A DNA stretch of 64,000 bases from an uncultured delta proteobacterium (lineage in GTDB: Bacteria > Desulfobacterota > Binatia > UBA9968): contig CAVYTU010000017.1 in assembly GCA_963771465.1 (NCBI GenBank), forward strand, positions 352,001 to 416,000. Reading direction: 5' to 3'. The notes under the pieces are model-generated. The model did no database searches. It had not been told where the DNA came from and saw nothing but the letters and a program-made list of their open reading frames with translations. The stretch's first letter is position 1; every line of letters begins with the position of its first letter. The translations under genes were made by a program, and so were the position numbers. Of the stretch, positions 36,953 to 46,365 are shown in pieces.

Positions 36953-39283
36953 CTACGCGTTTGTCCGCAATGAACGCAGTACTTTTTCCGCCGTGATCGG
37001 CAACTCGCGGATGCGCACGCCGATGGCGTCGTTGACGGCGTTGGCGATGGCCGCGGCTACGGGCACGAGGGGCGGTTCGCCGAGCGCTTTGGCGCCGTAG
37101 GGGCCGATGGGGTCGGGCTGCTCGATCAAGACCGCTTCGATGGGCGGGATGTCGATCAGGTTGGGAATCTTGAACGAGTCGAGATTGAGCGTGAGCGGCG
37201 CGCCGGTGTCTGGGTCCATGGGGATTTCTTCCATCAGCGCGTAGCCGATGCCTTGGACGACTCCGCCGATGATCTGGCCGCGCGCGGCTTCGGGATGGAT
37301 GATGCGGCCGGAGTCGTGCACGGCGACATAGCGCACGACGCGCACGCTGCCGCTGTCGGGGTCGACTTCGACCTCGGCGAAATGAGCGGCGAAAGAATTG
37401 ATGATATGGGTTTTGCTGCCGGCGCGCAGTATGGCTTCGCCGACGATGGTTTGATCGGGTTGGCGCCGAATGACGTGACTCACGGGAATTTTTAGCTCCG
37501 GTGTGTCGGTGACGGAAATAAATTCATCGCGCCAGACCAACTTGGCCGGCTCGACTTCGAGCAGTTTGGCGGCTGATTCAAACAAGCGCCGTTTGGCGTC
37601 GTCAGCGGCTTGCTGCGCGGCGAGTCCCGACGTGAATGTCGTCGTGCTGCCGGAGGTGCTGTGCGCGAACGGCGTCGTTTCGGTGTCAGCAAAGGTTGCA
37701 TGAACCTTTTCGAACTCTACGCCGAGTGTTTCGGCGGCGATCTGTCTCAATATCGTCCATGCACCCTGGCCGATCTCGGTGATGCTCATGAGTAATTCGG
37801 CGCTGCCGTCGGGTTTCAATTTGACGAGGGCGGAAGATTGGGATTGCCCCGTTTTGTAAATGCACGCGGCCAAACCCATGCCGCGATATTTACCATTGAC
37901 CCTGCGTTTGCGCGGACCGTTGGAGCGCGGTTTCCAGCCGATTCGCTTTGCGCCTTCACGCAGACATTCCGTTAAGAGATTGCTGGAGAAGGGGACGCCG
38001 CCTTCGATCGGTTGTGCCGGAATCAGACTGTCGACTGGCGTGACGCGCGCGCCGGGCTGACCTTCGGAACGCACACAATGGCGCAGGCGATATTCCAACG
38101 GGTCGATGCCGAGTTTTTCAGCGACTTCATCGGCAAATGACTCCAGCGCAAAATGCGCCTGGGGCGCGCCGAGGCCGCGGTAGGAACCGGCGACGGGACT
38201 GTTGGTGAATGCGACTTTGCCGACGAAACGTGCGTTGGGACAGCGGTAAAGATAAGTCAGGCCGTGGCCCAAGCGCGAAGCGACGCCGTAGCCCGGCGCG
38301 TACGGTCCAGTGTTGAGCGCGCTCGTGGTGTCGATGGCGGTGACCGTGCCGTCGCGTTTGAGTCCCATTTTGATTCGTGTCGTAGTCGCATGGCGCCATT
38401 TGCCGTAACCCAGCTCTTCTTCGCGCGTGTAACCCATGCGCACGGGCTTGCCCGCTTTACGCGCGAGCAGCGCGGTGATCAATCCCAAACGAGTCTCGTC
38501 TTTGCTGCCGAAACCGCCGCCAAGATACGCCGCGATGACGCGCACGCGTTCGTGCGGTAGCGAGAATATCCTGGCGAGTTTATCGCGGTCGCCGTATACA
38601 TTGCGGCTGGCTTTCCAGACTGTGAGTCCATCGCCGTCCCAAGACGCGACGCTATAACGCGGTTCGAGCGCCAGCGGGCTGGTGGATTGGGTGCGATAGG
38701 TTTGCTCGAGGATCAGCTCCGCTTGCTTCATACCGAGATCGATATCGCCGCGGGAAAACTCGATGGGTTCTTTGCCGGCGAGATTGCCACCGCCACGGAC
38801 CGACGGCGCATCGGGTTCGAGCGCGCGCTCTTCGTTCAATACGAACGGCAAGGAGCGATACTCAACTTGAATCAAGCCGAGCGCTTCTTCGGCGATCTCT
38901 TCCGTGTCGGCCGCTACCGCCGCCACTTCGTCGCCGACATGGCGTAAAGTTTTATTGAGAAGATAAACCGGAGCCACCGGTGCGTCAGGTTGGGAATCGT
39001 CACCGTCTTCGAACGGGATCGCCGGCGCGTCGCGATACGTGATCACCGCGTGGACGCCGGGCAAAGTCTCGGCTTTCGACGTATCGATGCTGATTATCTC
39101 CGCATGGGCATGGGGACTGCGCAGGGTTTTGCCATGCAGTAGATTCTTTGCCGACAGGCGGTCGGCGGAAAATTCCGCCGCGCCGCTAATCTTTGCGTGT
39201 GCGTCGACACGGGTTACTGAGTGGCCAACGATGCGCAGGGTGGACGGTGTTTGATCGGTGTTTTTGGGCATCTTGATGTGCAT
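36953..39283 (-). CDS. xanthine dehydrogenase family molybdopterin-binding subunit
   Basis: RSPHAHA, GGGFGSK, YRGLG, GQG and GAKALGEPP. Confidence 0.92.
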   Translation of the reverse strand: MHIKMPKNTDQTPSTLRIVGHSVTRVDAHAKISGAAEFSADRLSAKNLLHGKTLRSPHAHAEIISIDTSKAETLPGVHAVITYRDAPAIPFEDGDDSQPDAPVAPVYLLNKTLRHVGDEVAAVAADTEEIAEEALGLIQVEYRSLPFVLNEERALEPDAPSVRGGGNLAGKEPIEFSRGDIDLGMKQAELILEQTYRTQSTSPLALEPRYSVASWDGDGLTVWKASRNVYGDRDKLARIFSLPHERVRVIAAYLGGGFGSKDETRLGLITALLARKAGKPVRMGYTREEELGYGKWRHATTTRIKMGLKRDGTVTAIDTTSALNTGPYAPGYGVASRLGHGLTYLYRCPNARFVGKVAFTNSPVAGSYRGLGAPQAHFALESFADEVAEKLGIDPLEYRLRHCVRSEGQPGARVTPVDSLIPAQPIEGGVPFSSNLLTECLREGAKRIGWKPRSNGPRKRRVNGKYRGMGLAACIYKTGQSQSSALVKLKPDGSAELLMSITEIGQGAWTILRQIAAETLGVEFEKVHATFADTETTPFAHSTSGSTTTFTSGLAAQQAADDAKRRLFESAAKLLEVEPAKLVWRDEFISVTDTPELKIPVSHVIRRQPDQTIVGEAILRAGSKTHIINSFAAHFAEVEVDPDSGSVRVVRYVAVHDSGRIIHPEAARGQIIGGVVQGIGYALMEEIPMDPDTGAPLTLNLDSFKIPNLIDIPPIEAVLIEQPDPIGPYGAKALGEPPLVPVAAAIANAVNDAIGVRIRELPITAEKVLRSLRTNA

Positions 39284-39429
39284 AAGCCTGGGATTTGTTT
39301 CCTTGGATAGCAGAGCGGCGGTTGGACGACAAGCAGATCAATAGGGTCGAATGGCAAATCTATCACCGGACATTGACATTCTCACGAACAAAATGGATGT
39401 TGGCGAGGAAAATAGTTCTGCGGGGAATC

Positions 39430-40077
39430 ATGTCGGTGCAACGCACGCAAATCATCATCGTTCGCCACGGTCAGACCGAGTGGAATATTCGAGGCATTCG
39501 ACAGGGTTATCTCGATAGCCGCTTGACCGAGCGAGGCGTCGCCCAGGCGAAGGCGCTCGGGCAGCGTTTGGCGCGGGAAAAATTCACGGCGCTCTATAGC
39601 AGCGATCTTGGCCGGGCGGTGCAAACCGCGCAAGAGATCGCCAACGTCACGGGGCATGCGATTATTACCGACGAGCGATTGCGTGAGCGCCATCTCGGCA
39701 TCTTTCAGGGGCTTAACGGCGAAGAGATTATTTCCAAGTATCCCGAGGAGCGCAAACAGATGCGCACCCAAGGGCCCAGTTATGTGATCCCCGGCGGCGA
39801 AAGCATGGTCCAGCAGGTGGCGCGCAACATCGGATGCTTGAATGAATTGGCCGCGAAACATCAGGGCGAGCAGATCGTCGTCGTGACCCACGGCGGCGTC
39901 GTCAGTGGATTCTTTCGCCACACACTGGAGATTTCTCTCGAAGCGCCGCGCCGCTTCGAGTTCGTCAACGCGGGGATAAATGTATTCGTCCATGAGGACG
40001 GTAACTGGATGCTTCTGACCTGGGGCGATGTGAGCCATCTCGCGCCGGGAGCGGCGAGTGAAGGGGATGATCCCTAG
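39430..40077 (+). CDS. histidine phosphatase family protein
   Basis: RHGQT, SSDLGRA and VTHGG. Confidence 0.92.
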   Translation: MSVQRTQIIIVRHGQTEWNIRGIRQGYLDSRLTERGVAQAKALGQRLAREKFTALYSSDLGRAVQTAQEIANVTGHAIITDERLRERHLGIFQGLNGEEIISKYPEERKQMRTQGPSYVIPGGESMVQQVARNIGCLNELAAKHQGEQIVVVTHGGVVSGFFRHTLEISLEAPRRFEFVNAGINVFVHEDGNWMLLTWGDVSHLAPGAASEGDDP

Positions 40078-40097
40078 CCGGCCGCTTTGCGGCGGCG

Positions 40098-40155
40098 GTT
40101 CAAGCCGTTCAAACAGTTCAAAACGTTCAAGCCGTTGAAGTCAGAAGTCAGAATC
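40098..40155 (+). repeat. 9-bp GTTCAA array followed by 7-bp AGTCAGA units
   Basis: gttcaagcc gttcaaaca gttcaaaac gttcaagcc gttgaagtc agaagtcaga. Confidence 0.8.
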
Positions 40156-40162
40156 TCTCCTT

Positions 40163-41626
40163 TTAATCCGTCGCGCGCTTTTCCATTCTCACGGTAAATC
40201 CCGGCTGCTTGATGTAAACCTGATTCGAATCTTTGCGCTTCGCTAGCTGCTCGATGATTTTTACCAACGGCTGGGTTGCGTCGAGATACTCGCGCGGTTT
40301 ACCGTGATCGGGCAATGCCTTGACGTAATCTGCACCGGCGAAGTAGTGGAGAATAAGATCTTCGTCGGAAAGCTGCGCGCCGTATTTTTGGCGAATCTCA
40401 TGCAACGTCGGCTCCGGCTGTTGCCAATGCGTCCACTCTTTGGCGCGCGGCCGGCTTAAAATTTTATCTCTCACGTTGGGATCCATTACCTCGACCGCTT
40501 CTTTGCCCCAGATGCCCAACGCGTACTGAATGTTTTGATCCGGAACCTCTTTGTAGCGCTCGCCGACGATGACGTTGATCGCCGCTTGGGTGCCGACGAA
40601 TTGCGATAGCGGCGTGACCATGATCGGATAGCCGAAGTCCTTGCGCACCACGCCGGCTTCTTCCAGCGCCGCTTCCATCAGGTGTTCCTTGCCGACGATT
40701 TTCAATTGGTGGCGCATGTTGGAAATCATGCCGCCGGGCACTTGGTGTTGGTACATCGCTTCGTCGTATTCCACCGGTTTGCCGATCGGTAGGCCGTCGC
40801 GTTTGGCGACTTCGGTGAAATGTTTCACCACCGGCTCGAGTGGCTTTAGTTCGATCTGCGGTTCGTAGCCAAGCGCTTTAAGATTGTTGGCGATGTTAAA
40901 GATCGACGGTTGCGACGAGCCGTTGGCCAGCGGCGGGATCGCGGTGTGGAGGATGCGCATGCCGAGCTTGACGCCTTCCAAGTAGTTCAATGGCGCCTGG
41001 CCGCTGTTGCAGTGGGCGTGAAATTCTACCGGAATAGCGCCGGCGGCTTTGAGCACTACCGGTATTAAAGTGCGCGCGCGGTCAGGCGTGAGCAGGCCAC
41101 CGACGTCTTTGAAACAGATGCGCCAGGGTTTACTCGCTGCCGCCTCTTTGGCTTTTCTGGCGTAATATTCGTCGGTGTGGCGCGGCGAGACGGAGTAGAT
41201 CAGATTGGCCACGGTGTCCATGCCGTGGTTTCTCAAATCGTCGATCTCTTCCTTGAACGCGCTGTAATCGTTCCAGCAATTCGACGTGCGCGTCAGCGTG
41301 AGTCCGTAGGAGACCAGCCGCTCGACCAGTAGCTTGAGAATGGCATGCGGGGTTTTTTCAAAAGCGCTGTGCATGCCGCCGTGATAGCGCAGGCGAGTTT
41401 TTTTGATCCGTTTAGTGCCTTCTTTGAGCCAGTACCAAGGATTTTCCTTGTGTTCGCGGACATATTTCTTGAAAATCACGCTGAGAAAAAATTCCATCGA
41501 CTCGAAGCCGGCTTCGTCCATATGCGCCAGCGCCGGCAGCATGGAGCCGATCTTCATATTCAATGCCCATAGGCTTTGGTTGCCGTCGCGCACGGTGGTG
41601 TCGATGAAGCGCACTTCGTTGGTCAT
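40163..41626 (-). CDS. second carboxyltransferase paralog (pyruvate carboxylase B-like), no biotinyl domain
   Basis: DTTVRDGNQSL, FKDVGG, HAH and HQVPGGM; GAGGAG RBS before ATG 41626. Confidence 0.88.
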   Translation of the reverse strand: MTNEVRFIDTTVRDGNQSLWALNMKIGSMLPALAHMDEAGFESMEFFLSVIFKKYVREHKENPWYWLKEGTKRIKKTRLRYHGGMHSAFEKTPHAILKLLVERLVSYGLTLTRTSNCWNDYSAFKEEIDDLRNHGMDTVANLIYSVSPRHTDEYYARKAKEAAASKPWRICFKDVGGLLTPDRARTLIPVVLKAAGAIPVEFHAHCNSGQAPLNYLEGVKLGMRILHTAIPPLANGSSQPSIFNIANNLKALGYEPQIELKPLEPVVKHFTEVAKRDGLPIGKPVEYDEAMYQHQVPGGMISNMRHQLKIVGKEHLMEAALEEAGVVRKDFGYPIMVTPLSQFVGTQAAINVIVGERYKEVPDQNIQYALGIWGKEAVEVMDPNVRDKILSRPRAKEWTHWQQPEPTLHEIRQKYGAQLSDEDLILHYFAGADYVKALPDHGKPREYLDATQPLVKIIEQLAKRKDSNQVYIKQPGFTVRMEKRATD

Positions 41627-41644
41627 TCTTACTCCTCGAAAACC

Positions 41645-41680
41645 GTTCAAGTCGTTCAAGCCGTTCAAAAAGTTCAAATC
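41645..41680 (+). repeat. 9-bp GTTCAA array
   Basis: gttcaagtc gttcaagcc gttcaaaaa gttcaaatc. Confidence 0.8.
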
Positions 41681-41760
41681 GCCGGACCCGAGCCTGACTT
41701 GACGATTCAATATCTGTATAAATAAATTGCTCTCAGTTCAAACTACCGAGGTGCGACGTT

Positions 41761-42180
41761 ATGAAAAGTTTTCGCAAGGAACTTTGGTTCAATACCCCGA
41801 CGCGGGTGGCGTTCGTCAATATCACGCGGCAGGTTGAAGAGTGCATCCGCGAAAGCGGTGTGAAAGAAGGTCTCGTGCTGGCCAATGCCATGCATATCAC
41901 CGCGTCGGTATTCATCAACGACGATGAGACCGGCTTGCACCATGATTATTCCGCTTGGTTGGAAAAACTCGCGCCCCATGAGCCGATCAAGCAATACCGT
42001 CACAACGACACCGGCGAGGACAACGCCGACGCGCATATCAAGCGCCAAGTCATGGGCCGTGAAGTGGTCGTCGCGATCACCGACGGCAAGCTCGACTTCG
42101 GTCCGTGGGAGCAAATTTTCTACGGCGAATTCGACGGGCGCCGGAAAAAGCGTGTGCTGGTTAAAATTATCGGCGAATAG
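41761..42180 (+). CDS. yjbQ: YjbQ / UPF0047 family protein
   Basis: HITAS, NADAHIK and [13 protein letters not shown]. Confidence 0.92.
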   Translation: MKSFRKELWFNTPTRVAFVNITRQVEECIRESGVKEGLVLANAMHITASVFINDDETGLHHDYSAWLEKLAPHEPIKQYRHNDTGEDNADAHIKRQVMGREVVVAITDGKLDFGPWEQIFYGEFDGRRKKRVLVKIIGE

Positions 42181-42215
42181 CGGAGTCTTCGCTCGCGCGG
42201 CAATTGGGTTTAGGC

Positions 42216-43094
42216 TTATTTAGCCAGAGCGACTTCGACCGTGTTACCGATGTCGAACGCCATCAAGTCGTCTCCCACCACGAGTGGCCCAGCATAGTGC
42301 GCGCGCGTCGCCGGAATCAGATCTTCGGCTTTCGCGCCGCCGAACAGCAGGAGATGATTGTACACCGCCAATTTCGGCTGTACGCGGGAAAAGACGATGC
42401 CGGCTTGGTCCGGCGTCGTGTGGTTGCTGCTGATTCTTTTGAGTTGTTCCTGGTTTTCCGCTGCCGCGCCCGCCGCGGCGGTGACTTCGTGGATTAACAA
42501 GTCCGTGCCCTTCGCGTGGCGAATGAGGTTCTCGTTGAACGTCGTGTCGCCGGAAAGAACGACCGAATGGCCGCGGTAATTGATCCGGTAGCCGAATGCC
42601 GGCAAGTCCTCGCCGCCATGATCGACTTCGAAGGCGAAGATTCTCACGCCGTTGCGATCGAACACCATGCCTTCGTTGATGCCGTCCGCTTCCAGCTTTA
42701 CGCCTTCGGGCGGATAGTTGTGGCTGCGCACGCGGATGTCGACGTGAAATGCTTTCGGCAAGTGCTCCATCATCTGTTTGGTTCCGTCAGGTCCCCAAAC
42801 CCGCAGCGGAGTTTTTCTCATGCCCCAGGGTCGGCCGATCCAACCGGTGAGCCAGAGATCGACAAAGCCGACGACGTGGTCCGAGTGATGGTGCGTGAGA
42901 AAAACGCCGGTGATGTCGGCGAAGGGAATGCTCAATTGATGCAGCCGCTGCATGGCGCCGCGCCCGGCATCGAAGATTAGTTTCTCTTTGCCCGCTTCGA
43001 CCAGCGTGCTCGGACCGAAGCGGTCGAGCACCGGCGGCGGCGCGCCGCTGCCTAACAGTGTGACGCGAAATAAGTCCGTGGGTTGTTCGGCCAT
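42216..43094 (-). CDS. MBL-fold metallo-hydrolase (RNase Z / arylsulfatase AtsA-like)
   Basis: THHHSDH, SGDT, IHE and HTTP. Confidence 0.88.
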   Translation of the reverse strand: MAEQPTDLFRVTLLGSGAPPPVLDRFGPSTLVEAGKEKLIFDAGRGAMQRLHQLSIPFADITGVFLTHHHSDHVVGFVDLWLTGWIGRPWGMRKTPLRVWGPDGTKQMMEHLPKAFHVDIRVRSHNYPPEGVKLEADGINEGMVFDRNGVRIFAFEVDHGGEDLPAFGYRINYRGHSVVLSGDTTFNENLIRHAKGTDLLIHEVTAAAGAAAENQEQLKRISSNHTTPDQAGIVFSRVQPKLAVYNHLLLFGGAKAEDLIPATRAHYAGPLVVGDDLMAFDIGNTVEVALAK

Positions 43095-43220
43095 GTTGGA
43101 CTCCTGATTCCCGTTTGTTCAATCAATCGCGAGTACGCGCGTAGCCTACCACCATGAGGATCAAATTGAGAAGCGTCATGCGCAATTGATTGACGACCTG
43201 TTGACCTATATGTTTGGCAA

Positions 43221-44453
43221 GTGAAGACAACGTCAAAGGATCGATTGCTACCCGCGGCGCGTGATAAGCGCGATAGATCAGTTGGAGCGCACCGTGAACC
43301 CTACGAGTCGCCGTGCCCGCACTTTCCCAACTGCGTCGGCTGTCCTTTCATAAAGCTGCCCTATCCCGAGCAATTGTTGCGCAAGCGCGAAATCGTTCGG
43401 CGCGCCTTCACCGAATATTCGTCACTGGCTGCCGTCGAGATTCCCCCGGTGGCGCCGTCGCCCGAGCGACTGGGCTATCGCGCGCGGGTGAAGCTGGTCG
43501 TCCGGCGCAATCGCGGCGAGGTCGCGGTGGGATTATTTGTCCCGCAAACCCATCGCGTCATCGACATCTCCTCTTGCCCGGTGCATCCGCGGCCGGTCAA
43601 TCAAGTCGTCTATTACCTGAAGAAGAAACTGGTCGAGCTTGGCATCGCGCCCTACGATGAGCGTAACGACAGCGGCGATGTGCGCTATTTGGATTTCCGT
43701 TACAGTTTCGCGCGCAAGGAATTGAGCGTCACGCTGGTGACGCGCCACGACTCGTTGCCACAAGGCGAAGCGCTGGCGGATGCGTTGCATCACCGTTTTC
43801 CGTTCATCACCGGCGTGATCCAAAACGTCAACGAGGAGCGCGGCAACGTTATCTGGGGCAAGAGCTTTCGGATGCTCGGTGGGCGCGACACGTTGATGGA
43901 ACGGATCGGCGATCTGAAGCTGGTGTTTCCCGCCGGCGCCTTTTCTCAAGCTAATCCTTTCACCGCGCGCAAACTCTACGAACATGTGCGCGCGCTAGCA
44001 GATCTGAAAGGCGTCGAAACCGTCTTCGATCTTTATTGCGGCGTCGGGCCGATTTCGTTTTATCTCGCGACTTCGGCGCGCCAAGTCTGGGGGGTGGACG
44101 ATAGTGAGCTTTCAATCACGACGGCCAAGCAAAATGGCCGGCGCAATGGGCGCGGCAACTGCCGCTTCGTCGCCGGCGAGGTGGCGACGATAGTGAGTCA
44201 ATGGAAGCAATCGATACCGGATGTCGATTTGATCGTGCTCAATCCGCCGCGCAAAGGCATTCAGAGCGCGGCGATGACGGAGTTATTGGAGATCGGCGCG
44301 CCGAGGTTGATTTACGTGTCGTGCGAGCCGAAAAGTCTGGCGCGCGACTTAAACAAGTTCAATGAACACGGCTATCGTATTACCCATGTCCAGCCCTTCG
44401 ATATGTTTCCGCAGACTGAGGAAGTGGAAACTGTGGTGAGGTTGGAGAGGTGA
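43221..44453 (+). CDS. rlmD: 23S rRNA (uracil-C5) methyltransferase RlmD/TrmA family
   Basis: CPHFPNCVGC Fe-S motif, FSQAN, DLYCGVG, NPPRKG, YVSC and DMFPQT. Confidence 0.88.
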   Translation: MKTTSKDRLLPAARDKRDRSVGAHREPYESPCPHFPNCVGCPFIKLPYPEQLLRKREIVRRAFTEYSSLAAVEIPPVAPSPERLGYRARVKLVVRRNRGEVAVGLFVPQTHRVIDISSCPVHPRPVNQVVYYLKKKLVELGIAPYDERNDSGDVRYLDFRYSFARKELSVTLVTRHDSLPQGEALADALHHRFPFITGVIQNVNEERGNVIWGKSFRMLGGRDTLMERIGDLKLVFPAGAFSQANPFTARKLYEHVRALADLKGVETVFDLYCGVGPISFYLATSARQVWGVDDSELSITTAKQNGRRNGRGNCRFVAGEVATIVSQWKQSIPDVDLIVLNPPRKGIQSAAMTELLEIGAPRLIYVSCEPKSLARDLNKFNEHGYRITHVQPFDMFPQTEEVETVVRLER

Positions 44454-44487
44454 AGCAACTGACGGTGGAAGTAAATTTTCTCGTTAT

Positions 44488-45745
44488 TCAATCCGACCGA
44501 TAACTCCATAGCTGGGGGATCGCCCAGCAGGTTGCCAGTACGGTAACCGTGCAAAGCACGCAGCCGACCAGCGCGGCGTTGGGCGCGCCGAGGAGCGCCG
44601 CGCCGGCGCCAGCGATGACCGCGCCGGTGGCGTTGGTGGTTTGCGCGAAGACCGTTAGAAAACTCGTGGCGCGCCCGCGCATGTCGTCGGGCGCGAGTAT
44701 TTGCACGACGGTGCGGCGCATGGCGACGCTGACCGCGTCGCCGATGCCGAGCAGTCCGAGCGCGATCAATCCCATCCAATACCATTGTGACAGGCCGAGA
44801 AAGCCGAGACTTAGCGCGAACGCCAGCGTAGCGATCGCGGAAACGGCGCCTTTGCGCTTGATGTCGCCGCAACTGAGTAGGATCGCCGAGCCGACGACCG
44901 CGCCGATGGCCGGCGCGGCATAAAGCATGCCCAAGCCGCGCGCGCCAACGTGGTAAACCTCTTCGGCGAAGATCGGCAGAATGGGGCGAAAGTAGCCGAA
45001 CAAGACGGCGAAAAAATCGAGCAGGAACAGCGACAGAATAATTCGCGTGTGCCAGAGAAATTCGAAACCTTCGATCAAGCTGCGCCAGCCGATCCGGCGG
45101 CGCGCGCCTTGGGGTTGGCCGGAGGCACTAATCATCAGCGCCGCGATGACCGATGGGATTGGCAGCGCGGCGTCGATAAAGTAGGAAGTCGCGACGCCGA
45201 ACAAGTCGATCACAAAACCGGCGATGACTGGCGCGGTGAGTTGTGCGCCTTGCATCAACAGCGTGGTTATCGTCACCGCATTCAAGAGATGCGATTGCGG
45301 AATCACGCTCGGCACGATCGCCTGGCGCGCCGGGCCGCCGAGCACTTGCAATGCTCCCGCGATAACGCTCAGCACATTGACATGCCACACCTCGACGGTT
45401 CCCGTTACCGTTAGAATTCCCAGCGCCAATCCCGGCAAGATGTTGAGCGTGTGGGTGACCGCGATCAGCCGCTTGCGATTAAAAGTATCGGCGAGCACGC
45501 CGCCGAACAGGCCGAAGACGATCGCTGGCAGCGCCTGGAAGAATCCGGCGAAGCCGAGCTGCACCGACGATCCCGACAGCTGATAGACTTGATAGAGGCT
45601 CGCCACCGAACGCATGTGGTTCGAGGTGCTGCCGCAAATAATCGTTATGAAGATCAAACGATAGTCGCGGATCAACAACGACGACCAAGGACGGATCGGA
45701 CCCGTTGACGGTTCGGTGAGAGGGATGACCAGAAGCTTCTGACAC
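44488..45745 (-). CDS. MFS transporter (5' end uncertain; possible frameshift at about 45720)
   Basis: About 12 TM segments; GVLADTFNRK and MRGRA. The frame extends upstream as PIRPWSSLLIRDY, and the GTG at 45745 is one base out of frame. Confidence 0.85.
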
Positions 45746-45825
45746 TCGGTTGCTCTTGACGCGGAAATCGCAGTGCCGCCAATGTAGCGGTTCGATTGGA
45801 GAGCGTCAAACGTGGAGAGGAGGAA

Positions 45826-45860
45826 GAATTTAGCCGCAAAGAACTCAAAGCGCGAAAAAA
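45826..45860 (+). repeat. GCCGCAAAG-family intergenic repeat
   Basis: gaatttagccgcaaagaactcaaag. Confidence 0.6.
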
Positions 45861-45862
45861 GT

Positions 45863-46336
45863 CTAAGGTTCTCGAACAGTGGGCTTCATTGATCCTTTTG
45901 AAATATCTTCATTCAGAGTTCGAATACAATCAAAACAAATGATGGCGTTCGTGCCTTCAAAGCATCCTTCTATTTTGAAATATGGTTTGCCGCAGAAGGA
46001 ACATTTGGGCTCGAAGTCTTCTGGTAGCAGGTCCTTTTCACTGATGTTTGGATGCTCCCAAATGTTGGACACCCCTTCATATTCTACTTCGGCACGGTTC
46101 ATTGCTGCTTCTAGGGTATTAAATGCCGAAGCACCCAGAACTTCCCAATCATCTTTACAGTAGCAAAGCAGGAATTCTGTATCCTCGATTTGCTGACAAA
46201 TGGCTAGAGCAGGAACCCGCCCAACGGGTTTGCCGTCAACAAATACATTAGTGCGATTCTTAAACGTCACCGATGAATCAAGAATCGCAAAGGCCTTCAG
46301 CAACGCACTGGCAAGAAGTCTTGGCGGCTGTTTCAT
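45863..46336 (-). CDS. hypothetical protein with C-terminal ClpX C4-type zinc finger
   Basis: CSFCGK...AIICFDCI; AT-richer than neighbours. Confidence 0.75.
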   Translation of the reverse strand: MKQPPRLLASALLKAFAILDSSVTFKNRTNVFVDGKPVGRVPALAICQQIEDTEFLLCYCKDDWEVLGASAFNTLEAAMNRAEVEYEGVSNIWEHPNISEKDLLPEDFEPKCSFCGKPYFKIEGCFEGTNAIICFDCIRTLNEDISKGSMKPTVREP

Positions 46337-46365
46337 TGTTTTGACGCTCAACGATGGAATTCTCG

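Noticed and set aside
36953-39283. Mo-subunit without FAD or 2Fe-2S subunits as a novel system
   Set aside because: Dispersed xanthine dehydrogenase family subunits are common; partners may lie elsewhere in the genome
41627-41710. N-terminal extension LNFLNGLNDLNG, and the similar ORF at 52990-53193
   Set aside because: These are translations of the 9-bp repeat arrays; the RBS supports a start at 41626
45841-45866. fourth ECF promoter GAAC-N16-GTCTAA
   Set aside because: Spacer is one base short, it lies within a repeat, and it points antisense into a gene
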